Shown here piece by piece: positions 52,184 to 62,202 of a DNA stretch of 64,000 nt (position 1 is its first letter; the number at the start of each line of letters is the position of its first letter). The notes beneath the pieces are model-generated. The model saw nothing but the letters and a program-made list of their open reading frames with translations. It was not told where the DNA came from and searched no databases. The stretch covers positions 3,872,001 through 3,936,000 of the forward strand of contig OY969763.1 in assembly GCA_963702845.1 (NCBI GenBank), in the 5' to 3' direction. The translations under genes and the position numbers were made by a program. The stretch is from an uncultured Verrucomicrobiae bacterium (GTDB lineage: Bacteria > Verrucomicrobiota > Verrucomicrobiia > Limisphaerales > Palsa-1400).

Positions 52184-52795
52184 ATGTTGCCGCACTTTTT
52201 GAGGGATGGCGGGCCGATGATGTGGGTTATCATGCTCTCGAGCGCCGTGGCACTCGCTGTTTTTCTCGAACGCGTTCTCCAATATCACCGCGAGCAGATC
52301 AATTCTACTGAGTTCCTCAACGGCGTTCGCAACGTGCTCAAACGCGAGAACGTCGTCGAAGCGATCGCCATCTGCGACGCCACGCCCGGGCCGGTCGCGC
52401 GTCTGGTCAAAGTCGCGATTCTAAACCGCGAACGCGGCCGTGACGGCGTTTACGAAGCGCTCGAAGACGCCGGCTCATGGGAGGTCCCGCGCCTGGAACA
52501 AAAACTCAACGTCATCGCCACCATCGCTCAGATCGCGCCCTTGCTCGGCCTGCTCGGCACTGCAATCAGGTTCATGGTGGTGTTTAAACAAATCGAGGTA
52601 GCTGGACAAAGCGCGCATGTTGGGCAACTTTCCGCCGGGATTTGGCAGGCATTGATCTGCACCGCAGCAGGGCTGGCCGTCGCGATTCCCTGCTACGCCG
52701 CATACAATTATTTGGTCGGACGCGTGAATGCTATCGTGCTGGACATGGAGCAGAGTTCCACGGAAATCCTGAATATAGTGAGTCCAGCGAAATGA
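52184..52795 (+). CDS. exbB: MotA/TolQ/ExbB proton channel protein
   Basis: GGPMMW, IAQIAPLLGLLGT, GIWQALICTAAGLAVAIP. Confidence 0.88.
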   Translation: MLPHFLRDGGPMMWVIMLSSAVALAVFLERVLQYHREQINSTEFLNGVRNVLKRENVVEAIAICDATPGPVARLVKVAILNRERGRDGVYEALEDAGSWEVPRLEQKLNVIATIAQIAPLLGLLGTAIRFMVVFKQIEVAGQSAHVGQLSAGIWQALICTAAGLAVAIPCYAAYNYLVGRVNAIVLDMEQSSTEILNIVSPAK

Positions 52796-53229
52796 AATTC
52801 CAACGACGCGCCAGAATTTTTCGGGGGAAATTGGACGTGGCGCCGTTTGCCGCGTTGTTCTTTTTGGTGCTGTGTTGTTTCATGATGCGATCGCTGGTTT
52901 ACACTCCGGGGGTGATTATGCAAGTAACCCCACCGGTCGCCGACGGCTTTGCTGGAACGGACAACCCGACCATCACCATGGCGGTGACCTCCAGTGGTCA
53001 GTTCCTGTTCGACAACCAGGTCGTCGAAGAAGCGGATTTGAAATCGGTCCTGGCACAGAAAGTTTCCGCCGCGCCAAAATCAGCGAAAGGCCTCACGCTC
53101 GTTGTTATCCCCGACAAGTCGGTAACGTACGAAGTGATTACGAAAATCCGTTCACTGGCACGCGACGCGGGCATTTCCGAAGTTTTGGAAGCGGTCAGGC
53201 CGAGTGCCTATTCGATGAAGGCAAAGTAA
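52792..53229 (+). CDS. exbD: ExbD/TolR-like protein
   Basis: LDVAPFAALFFLVL TM helix, LVVIPDKSV.Y..I; overlaps the exbB stop. Confidence 0.8.
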   Translation: MKFQRRARIFRGKLDVAPFAALFFLVLCCFMMRSLVYTPGVIMQVTPPVADGFAGTDNPTITMAVTSSGQFLFDNQVVEEADLKSVLAQKVSAAPKSAKGLTLVVIPDKSVTYEVITKIRSLARDAGISEVLEAVRPSAYSMKAK

Positions 53230-53237
53230 GATTTTAA

Positions 53238-54061
53238 GTGAGTGAACAACGGACCATGGCAAAACCAGTCGCAGGCCCGGAGCCGAAACGTGCTTCGCGT
53301 CTGGCGCCGTCTGATGCGCGGTCGCGTTGGTCACTGGCGCGCTGGCTGGTTTTAATCAGTGGTTTTTTCATTTTTCAACTTGGCTTCTCGTACTTCGTCT
53401 CCGATCGGCCCATCGGCCACTCTGGCAAAAAAGAACAGCAGCTGAACGCGAGGACGATCCCGGGAACTCTGACCGAAGAACGATTATCAAAAACGTTCTT
53501 CACCACCGATCCCCTATTCTTTCCGTTGGCAAGTCAACACGGGTTCAGCGGACGCGGTTGGATGACCGTGAGTCGGCCTGATCTACAATTTCCGGAAGAA
53601 ATCGAACCGCCGCATTTGCTGGCGTTGCGCAACGAAAGCCTCGGTCGAGTCGCACCCGCGCAGCCGAAACCGGAATTACCATTCCAACTCGGCCAACAAA
53701 GCACGCCTCAAACAGAAGCGTTGCCAGTGTTTGTCGCCGGCGTCGTTCCGCGAACGAATTCGCTCGTCCGCGCCGATGCAAAGTTGCGTGACCGCGCAGT
53801 TGGTTTGCCACTGAAATTGCCAGCGCGTCCCAGCGATAAAGTGTTGAATAATTCGGTAGTGGATATTGCGGTAAATGGTGCGGGTGAAGTGGTCGCGTAA
53901 CGGTTGGTCGCCGCGGCTCCGGGTCTGATAAAGCCGATGCATGACGCGTTGCAAACGCGAAAGCTATTGCGGTTTCGACCTTCAATGCGGTCGGCACAAT
54001 TTGGGGGCAGGCGATTTTCGAATGGGAGACTTCCGAACTACCGGAGGCTGAAAAGAAATAG
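53238..54061 (+). CDS. TonB-like membrane-anchored protein (apparent frameshifts after 53900)
   Basis: TM helix, Pro-rich middle, VVDIAVNGAGEV, then GSDKADA, LRFRP and WGQAIFEW in other frames. Confidence 0.6.
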
Positions 54062-54062
54062 C

Positions 54063-54288
54063 ATGACTGGCGAAGCGCTCATTTTCGGCTACGTTGTTTC
54101 TTTACTTGCCGGGCTTTCGATCCTGGCAATATATTCCGAGCTTCGCGGACGGCGGTTTCAACCCGCGCGCGAGCAGGACAGAGTTTTTCGGTGTGACCGA
54201 TGTAGTTCAGTGTATACGGATGATCCGGACGTGGAATTATCGAGGTGCGCGCAGTGCGGGCAGGATGAACGGCGCGATTGAGTTCTAA
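54063..54288 (+). CDS. Small membrane-anchored zinc-ribbon protein (apparent frameshift near the end)
   Basis: N-terminal TM helix then FRCDRCSSVY..SRCAQCG. Confidence 0.7.
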
Positions 54289-54364
54289 GCGGTTCGGATG
54301 CGACGTTGCAATTTCGGACAGAGATCATTTTAACTTTTAACAACTAACTCAAAAATATTTGCCT

Positions 54365-55548
54365 ATGGGCATGTGGATTGGACGAAATAGAAAAGCACGC
54401 GTCACCTACGGTTTCGACGAAATCGCTCTGGTGCCGGGTGAAATCACGATCAACCCCAACGAAGTTGATACGAGCTTCAAGATTCCGCGCAAAGACGGCA
54501 GCGACATCAAGCTGAAGATTCCGATCATCGCCAGCGCGATGGACGGCGTCACCGACGTGAAGTTCTGCGTCGAAATGGGCAAGCTCGGCGGACTCGGTGT
54601 GATCAATCTCGAAGGCGTGCAGACGCGCTACGAGAACCCGAGCGAAGTTCTCGAACAAGTCGTCAAAGCCGACAAGGACGAAGTCACCACGCTGATTCAG
54701 AAACTTTATCTGGAACCGATCAAAGAAGAGTTGATCGCCAAGCCGCGTCCAAGAATTGAAAAAGGCCGGCGTCCTCGCCGCCGTCAGTTCCATTCCGCAA
54801 AAGGCGGAGCGCTATCGGCTGCATCGCGCAAGAAGCGGGCGCGGATATTTTTGTGGTGCAATCGACCGTTTCGACCGTGAAACACATTTCCACCGAATAC
54901 AAATCGCTCGAACTCGAAGCGTTCTGCAAAGCGATGAACATTCCGGTGATCATCGGCAATGCCGTTACTTACAATGTCACGCTGCAATTGATGCAGTAGC
55001 GGCGTTGCCGGTGTCCTGATCGGGGTCGGGCCCGGAGCGGCTTGCACCAGCCGCGGCGTTTTGGGCCTTGGCGTTCCCCAGGTCACTGCGACCGTCGATT
55101 GCGCTGCAGCGCGCGATTATTATTTCAAACAAACCGGCACGTTACATCCCAATCATCACCGACGGCGGCATGAGCAAGGGCGGCGATGTTTGCAAAGCGT
55201 TGGCCTGCGGCTCAGATGCCGTCATGGTCGGCAGTGCTTTCGCCCGCGCCAAAGAAGCGCCCGGCAAAGGCAATCACTGGGGCATGGCCACGCCGCACGC
55301 GAACCTGCCGCGCGGCACGCGCATCAAGGTCGGCGTGACCGGCTCGTTGAAACAGATTCTGTTTGGTCCGGCCACGGTGGATGATGGTTCACAAAACCTT
55401 GTCGGGGCGATTACGACCTGCATGGGCAACGTCGGCGCCTCGACGCATCCGTCAATTTCAAGAGACGGAAATCATCATCGCGCCGAGCATCAAGACCGAA
55501 GGCAAATTGTTCCAAACGGTGCAGAGCGTCGGCATGGGCACGCGCTAG
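54365..55548 (+). CDS. guaB: GuaB3-type IMP dehydrogenase-related protein (several apparent indels)
   Basis: YGFDEIALVP, ASAMDGV, IGVGPGAACTSR, TDGG, VMVGS, WGMA; no CBS pair. Confidence 0.9.
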
Positions 55549-55598
55549 AGGCTGCTTTGAAGCTTGCGCCTCGCGAGGTTCTGATAGAAGAAGAGCGG

Positions 55599-56239
55599 GT
55601 GTCGAGCCAGCAAACATTTCGATTGGGAATTCTTGGATTCGGGAAAAGGTTCCAATGCCATGGCTATCGTTGATGCTTGTGAGGGTGGAAAAATTCCGGC
55701 GCAAGTCGCAATCGTGTTGAGTGATGTTGCTGATGCTGGCATTTTGGAAGGCGCGCAGGTGCGCGGGTTGAACAGCCGGCACATCGAGCCCGGGAAATTT
55801 CGGACAAAACTCGACGAAGCGGCCGAGGTCGCATTCATCAAAGCTTTGCAGGAAGCGAAGGTGGATTTGGTCGTGCTGGCGGGCTTCATGCGCATTCTTA
55901 AAGGCGAGTTTTTGCGCGTTTTCAAAGATCGGGTCATCAATATCCATCCTTCGTTGCTGCCGTCGTTTCCAGGGCTTCAGGCTTGGAAGCAGGCTTTGGA
56001 TTATGGCGTGAAGTTCACTGGTGTGACGGTGCATTTCGTTGATCAGGGTATTGATACCGGACCGATCATCGCGCAGGAAACTGTGCCGATTTTACAAGGG
56101 GATACCGCGAGAAACTTTGCACAAGCGCATTCAGGAGGCGGAACATCGGTTGTATCCCGCGGCGGTCGCTGCACTGGCGCGAGGGGATGTTGCGGTGCGA
56201 GGACGGCAGACCATTTGGAAACAAACGGCTGGAGTTTGA
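55599..56239 (+). CDS. purN: Phosphoribosylglycinamide formyltransferase (apparent frameshifts near both ends)
   Basis: SGKGSN, LAGFMRIL, NIHPSLLPSFPG, GVTVHFVD..DTGPII, EAEHRLYP. Confidence 0.95.
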
Positions 56240-56320
56240 CGACTTAAGTCAAAATACCGCGAATTTGCCTGCTAAACCGCTTCCCGGACGCCCTACTCTG
56301 CTTAACTGTGCGGTTGATTT

Positions 56321-56458
56321 ATGCGAAAGCCGAAAAAGAAAAAATTGGCTTTGCCCCGCCAACAGTGGACAATCAACCCGGTTACGCGGGTCAAAGAGTC
56401 CGACAAGAAGTATTCGCGGGCGCGCGTGAAAAAAACCGTTCGTAAATATGAAGAGTGA
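56321..56458 (+). CDS. 45-aa basic protein, putative ArfA/BrfA-like ribosome rescue factor (absent from the ORF track)
   Basis: hand translation [45 protein letters not shown]; overlaps the hisG start by 11 nt. Confidence 0.65.
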   Translation: MRKPKKKKLALPRQQWTINPVTRVKESDKKYSRARVKKTVRKYEE

Positions 56459-57332
56459 AAAGCCGGTGTTAAAATTGGGATTGCCCAAGGGCAGTTTGCA
56501 GGACGCAGTCCTGACAAGCATGGCGAAAGCGGGTTATAAAATCTCCGTCAGCAGCCGTTCTTATGTCCCATCCGTCGATGATGAAAGCCTAAGCATCCGC
56601 ATGATTCGCGCGCAGGAAATCAGCCGCTACGTCGAACACGGCTATTTGGATTGTGGCATCACTGGCTATGATTGGATCCAGGAAAATGGCTCGAATGTCC
56701 ATGAAGTCGGCGAATTCGAATTCAGCAAAGTGAGCAGCCAACCGACGCGCTGGGTCCTGGCTGTGCCGGAAGATTCTCCAATTAAATCTCCGAAAGATCT
56801 CAATGGCAAACGGCTCGCGACAGAAGTCGTCAATTTGACGAACAAATACCTCAAGCAGCACAATGTTACGGCTGAGGTCGAATTTTCATGGGGTGCGACT
56901 GAAGTGAAAGCGCACGAATTGGTCGATGCCATTGTTGAAGTCACCGAAACCGGTTCTTCACTGCGCGCCAATAAATTGCGCATCGTCGACACCTTGCTGG
57001 TTTCCACGCCCCGCTTGATCGTCAATCACGACTCGTGGAAGGACGAGTGGAAACGTAAGAAGATCGAAACGATGGCGATGTTGCTCCGCGGCGCGATCGA
57101 AGCCGAAAGCAAAGTCGGAGTGAAGATGAATTTGCGGAAGAAAGATTTGGAGACCGTTTTGAAGGCTTTGCCTGCTTTGCGCAATCCAACTGTTTCGACT
57201 TTAAGCCAGCCGGACTGGGTCGCGATTGAAACAATCATTGACGAAAAGATTGTCCGAGAATTAATTCCTCAATTAAAAGAGGCGGGTGCAGAAGGAATTA
57301 TTGAATATCCTTTAAATAAGGTTATATACTAG
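56448..57332 (+). CDS. hisG: ATP phosphoribosyltransferase, long form
   Basis: LPKGSL, RAQEI, GITGYD, SWGATE, TETGSSL, C-terminal regulatory domain. Confidence 0.97.
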   Translation: MKSEKPVLKLGLPKGSLQDAVLTSMAKAGYKISVSSRSYVPSVDDESLSIRMIRAQEISRYVEHGYLDCGITGYDWIQENGSNVHEVGEFEFSKVSSQPTRWVLAVPEDSPIKSPKDLNGKRLATEVVNLTNKYLKQHNVTAEVEFSWGATEVKAHELVDAIVEVTETGSSLRANKLRIVDTLLVSTPRLIVNHDSWKDEWKRKKIETMAMLLRGAIEAESKVGVKMNLRKKDLETVLKALPALRNPTVSTLSQPDWVAIETIIDEKIVRELIPQLKEAGAEGIIEYPLNKVIY

Positions 57333-57356
57333 CCGCCGACACGAACTAAGAAACCT

Positions 57357-57458
57357 ATGGGTTCATTAAAAAAACGACGTAAAGCAAAAATTAATAAGCA
57401 TAAACGCCGCAAGAAGCTGCGTGCCAATCGCCATAAGAAGCGAACCTGGCAGAAGTAG
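57357..57458 (+). CDS. 33-aa basic protein, bS22/AURKAIP1-COX24 family-like (absent from the ORF track)
   Basis: hand translation [33 protein letters not shown]. Confidence 0.85.
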   Translation: MGSLKKRRKAKINKHKRRKKLRANRHKKRTWQK

Positions 57459-57557
57459 CCAGTAGCTGGCGACCGATATGTCGGGAATGCAAAATACAGT
57501 TTAGCGAGCGCATCCCGCGTGGAAGTGGGGTGCGCTCGCCTGTTTGGTTTGGACGCA

Positions 57558-59266
57558 ATGAGAAGAATGCGCATCAACTGGATTGGATCGGTGATGGCGG
57601 TGGCATTGGTTGCCGCCGGTTGCGCAAGTCGTCCCAAGCCGCATTGGGCAGCCTCGCCGCGCAACGTGGTGGAGGTGAAGTCCCCTGCTCCGCCGCGCAC
57701 CAATTCGGTCGCCGAACCGGGAGCGGAAGCGCTCGCGCATTTTGCAGCCGGCGTCAGTTACGAAGCCAACACGAACCACGTGTTGGCGCTTTCGCATTTC
57801 GAACAAGCAGCGCAAGCCGATCCTGGAAATGAACCGCTGGTGATCGAATTGTCGCGCCAATATCTGGCTCGTAAGGAGACGCAAAAAGCGTTGGACTTAT
57901 TGAAGAAGGCGGCGAAGCATCCGAACGCGACAGCCGGAGGTTTCCGGTTGGCTGGCCGAGGCGTATCTAAAGTGCGGCAAGACAAATCAGGCTATCGAAG
58001 TTGGTCGCCACTCGATGGTGACGTGGCCGACGGCTTTGGAGGGTTATCGCAGTCTGGCGGCGATCTATTTGCAAACTGGTGAACCGCAGGAAAGCCTGAA
58101 AGTGCTGAATCGCGCGGCCAAAGTTCAGAAAGTCGACGCAAAATTTCTGATCGGGCTGGCTGATTTTTACGCGGCGTGGGCGCAGGATCGCACCGAAAAG
58201 AAGGACCAGGTCAAAACACAGGCGGTTACACTGCTCGACCGCGCGGCGACAATGAAACCGCCCGAGGAATTGATCCAACACGTCGCCGATACTTACAACC
58301 ATTTTGGCGAAACGAAAAAGGCGGCAAAGTATTATTTGCAGGTGTTGACGCAGGAGTCGGAGCCTTCGGTTACAGCGCGATGCGGTGCGTGAGGAGATTG
58401 CGAATATTTATCTACAGAGCGACGATCGCAAGGGGGCTTACGAGCAACTTGAAGCGATCGTTCACGATAATCCGACGAGGTATCCACAGGCGTGGTATGA
58501 GTTGGGAGTGCTTGCTTATGAAGATAAAAATTTGATCGATGCCGCGCGGAATTTTGAAAAAGCGCTAATGCTCAACACCAATCTGCAACGTGCGTATTAC
58601 AATCTCGCACTGGTGCAGATCGACCTCAAACACAACGAGGACGCGGTGAAGACGTTGGCTACTGCAAGCGCCAAATTTAGAAACTCCTTTCTGGATGAAT
58701 TTTTCTCGGGCATTGCGCACATGCACATGAAAAATTTCAAAGAGGCGGTTTACCATTTCACCGCCGCGGAAGTCATCGCCAAAGTCAAAGACCCGGCCCG
58801 CCTGACGTATGATTTTTACTTTCAATTCGGCGCAGCGTGCGAGCGCAACCACGATTACAAAGAAGCGGAAAAACATTTTCTCAAGTGCATCGATCAGTCA
58901 CCCGACTCGCCGGAAGCACTGAACTACCTCGGGTTTATGTGGGCCGAGCACGGACAAAATTTGGAGAAGGCGCGTGAGTTGATCGAGAGAGCGGTGAAAA
59001 AAGAGCCGAAGAACGGCGCGTATTTCGATAGCTTGGGTTGGGTGCTTTTTAAATTGAATCAGCCGCGCGAGGCTCTGACATGGTTGTTGAAGGCGCAGGA
59101 ACTTACGCCTGAACTGGACGCCACCCTGCTCGATCACCTTGGCGACGTTTACATGGCCTTGAACCAGGAGGACAAAGCCCACGAAGCGTGGAAGAAATCT
59201 CTGTCACTCGAGGCGAATGACGACGTGCAAAAGAAACTGGCCTCGGGCAAAAAGGCCGGGAATTAA
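57558..59266 (+). CDS. TPR-repeat lipoprotein (two apparent frameshifts)
   Basis: VALVAAGC lipobox; ALNYLGFMWAE, AYFDSLGWV, DHLGDVY. Confidence 0.88.
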
Positions 59267-59268
59267 CG

Positions 59269-59652
59269 ATGCACCGCCACTTTTCCAGGCACTACAGTTT
59301 GGAAGAAGCGCGCGCACTGTTGCCCGACGTGCGGAAGTGGCTGGAGGAGTTGGAGAAACTTCAGGCGCAGCTTGAGCCCTTGAATAAACGCGCAGCGAGC
59401 ATGATGGGGCTTGGCGATGATATCGGTGGCGATACCGTCAATTCGCTCGTTCGCACACTGGTCGACTGCAAAACAATCTTGAACGAATTTCGCACTCGCG
59501 AAATTCAGATCAAAGATTTCAGCCGCGGCCTCGTTGATTTTCCTTCGTTGCGTGAGGGACGGGAAGTTTTCCTTTGCTGGGAGAAGGACGAGGACGACAT
59601 CGAATTCTGGCACGATTTGGATTCGGGTTTCACCGGTCGCGAAAAACTCTAG
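59269..59652 (+). CDS. DUF2203 family protein
   Basis: YSLEEARALLP, IKD..GLVDFP..GREVFLCW...FWH...GFTGR. Confidence 0.9.
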   Translation: MHRHFSRHYSLEEARALLPDVRKWLEELEKLQAQLEPLNKRAASMMGLGDDIGGDTVNSLVRTLVDCKTILNEFRTREIQIKDFSRGLVDFPSLREGREVFLCWEKDEDDIEFWHDLDSGFTGREKL

Positions 59653-60192
59653 ATGACGGCTCCAAACATCTCAGCGCGGCAGAACTGGAAGCCGGCCTTG
59701 CGCACATCCGTTTATCACCGAAAGACATTGGTTCCGTTGAACTGATTGTTCGTCGCCCGAATCGTGACGAGCGCGAGATTTTGCAGGAAGCCGCTTTATC
59801 GCCCGAGTGCGGCGTTGAAGGAGATAACTGGCGCGCACGCAGCACCACGCCGAATCCAGCGACTCAACTGACGGTCATGAACGCAAGGGCCGTCGCGCTA
59901 GTCGCTCAGTCGAAAGAACGTTGGGCGTTTGGCCGGTGATCAGTTATTTATCGATCTCGATTTAAGTTTGGAAAATTTACCGCCGGGATCGCGCATCGCT
60001 CTGGGCTCGGCGATTATTGAAGTCAGCCGGGAGCCACACACAGGTTGCAAGAAGTTCATCGCGGGCTTCGGGCAGGAGGCGATGAATATTGTTAACTCGC
60101 CGCTCGGGCGGCAGCTCAATTTGCGGGGCATCAATGCGCGAATAGCCCAGGCTGGCACGGTCCGAGTGGGTTATGTTGCCCGAAAGCTCTAG
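59653..60192 (+). CDS. MOSC domain protein (apparent frameshifts)
   Basis: SPKD.G.VELIVRRP, GVEGDNW, AGDQLFIDLDLS, PHTGCKKF, RGINARI. Confidence 0.85.
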
Positions 60193-60236
60193 GCGTTTCC
60201 GCTTTTCTGGCGGGTCGATTTGTTTACATTTCTTCG

Positions 60237-61205
60237 ATGCGAATTTTATCCGGCATACAACCTTCAGGCACGCTGCATCTCGGGAATTATTTCGGGATGA
60301 TGAAGCCCGCGATCGAACTGCAGAATCAGGGCGAGGCGTTGTATTTCATCGCGAACTATCATTCGATGACGTCGTTGTTCGATGCTGAACAACGGCGCAA
60401 GAATACTTTGGATGTGGCGCTGGATTTTTTGGCGTGTGGCCTCGATCCGAAAAAGTCACTGTTCTTCGTGCAGTCCGGACGTGCCCGAGGTGACTGAATT
60501 GGCGTGGTTGCTGACGACGCTAACCCCGATGGCGATGCTTGGAGAATTGTCACAGCTATAAGGACAAGATCGCGCGCGGCATCGCCGCGAACCACGGCAT
60601 TTTTGCGTATCCGGTTCTGATGGCGGCGGACATTTTGATTTACGATTCGAACATCGTGCCGGTCGGCAGAGACCAAAAGCAGCACGTGGAGGTGACGCGC
60701 GACATCGCGATCAAGTTCAACAACACTTACGGCGAAACGTTCGTGGTGCCGAAGGAGCAGATTCGCGAAGACGCTGCGGTGGTGCCCGGCACGGACGGTC
60801 AAAAGATGTCGAAGAGCTACGGGAACACGATCGAGATTTTCGGCGAAGAAAAAGCGGTGCGCAAAAAGATCATGGGCCTGTTGATGGACAGTCGCACGCC
60901 GCAGAACCGAAGCCCGACGCGGACAAAAATCTCGCGATTCAGTTGTTGAAGCTGTCGCGTCCGCCAGACGTGGCGAGAGATTTACGAAGACCGGTTGCGC
61001 GCGGGCGGATTTAGGTTATGGCGATTTGAAGAAGGCGCTGTTCGAGCACTATTGGAATTATTTCGCCGAAGCGCGGACGAAGCGCGCGGAACTGGCGGCG
61101 AACCCGGATCACGTTAATCAAGTTCTTAAAGAGAGCGCGACAAAAGCTCGCACAATCGCGGACAAAGTGCTGAAACGCGCGCGCCTCGCCAGCGGGATTG
61201 ACTAG
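60237..61205 (+). CDS. trpS: Tryptophanyl-tRNA synthetase (several apparent frameshifts)
   Basis: [40 protein letters not shown]. Confidence 0.97.
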
Positions 61206-62093
61206 CAATAGTGATCGGCCTTTGCGCCCAAATCAGGCTTGGCAAGCATTCCCCAAACAATTCCCGCCACGAATCCACCCGCATGGGCCCCATTGGCGAC
61301 GTTCGGAATGATGTTCACGGCGCAGAGAAAAACCACGGATCATCATGCTCACCATTGTTGCGGCACGAAATAGGCCCGAACGGGATCCAATTTCCGCGCA
61401 TCCAGATATAGCCAAACAGACCGTAGAGAACACCGGACATGCCGCCAAACCTCGGGCCTTTACAGTAGAATTGAGCAAGATTCGAAACAATTCCAAGTCC
61501 GACCACCATCCCCAAAAACGCTCCAACTTCCCGTCGCAACTCAATATCGTCCCAAGAGTTTTCATCAAAGCATGTTGAACGAGTATTGTAGAATGGCCGA
61601 AGTGCATAAAAATTGGTGTGATCTAGCCGCCAGACTTCGCCGTGCTGAATTTCCGGAAGTCGTGGCGAGAAGTATTCACTCATAAACAACGTATGGAGCT
61701 TTGCAACGGCATGCTCAGGAAAACCCGGTGTAGCGGACAAACCAGCGCAGATTAGACATCAGAGCCAGAGTAATTGCGTCCACCGAGGCGATTGATCGAA
61801 AAATCGTTTTCCCGCGTGTAAACCCGTTCCCCTAGCTTTCAACTCCGCCTCGCGTTCGTGTGCTTGAAGTTTTCACCGCGCCTCGCGCCCAATGCGAATT
61901 TCGGATCAGATGGATGTGCCAAATAATCGGCGAGATGTTGTTTGCCGGCGTCGACCTGATCTTCGGAATAGATCCAAACGGCCCATTTACTTTCTGCATC
62001 GGGCTCGATGGAACTCTTGATTTCCAACGAACTCAAGTAATCGGAGAACATCCGCGCATCCGTTTCGCCTGTAACATGACCAATCAACCGCAT
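61202..62093 (-). CDS. Rhomboid intramembrane protease, GlpG-like (several apparent frameshifts)
   Basis: N-terminal soluble domain, GEVWRL, FGGMSGVLYGLFGY. Confidence 0.85.
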
Positions 62094-62202
62094 AATTAAC
62101 AGCGGGTTCAACATGCCTCTGAATGCGGAGAAAAACAGAAAAATCGTGTGCGGCGACAAAATCCTTGCGCACAATCGCAGGCGTCTCGACAATTACGCAT
62201 CG

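Noticed and set aside
54990..55005. In-frame TAG in guaB as stop-codon recoding
   Set aside because: The downstream sequence is also out of frame; removing one base (cagtagcggc to cagtgcggc) restores the ORF, and other genes use TAG as a stop
56248..56447. Histidine attenuator or riboswitch upstream of hisG
   Set aside because: The leader ORF has no His codons and no terminator/antiterminator pair is visible
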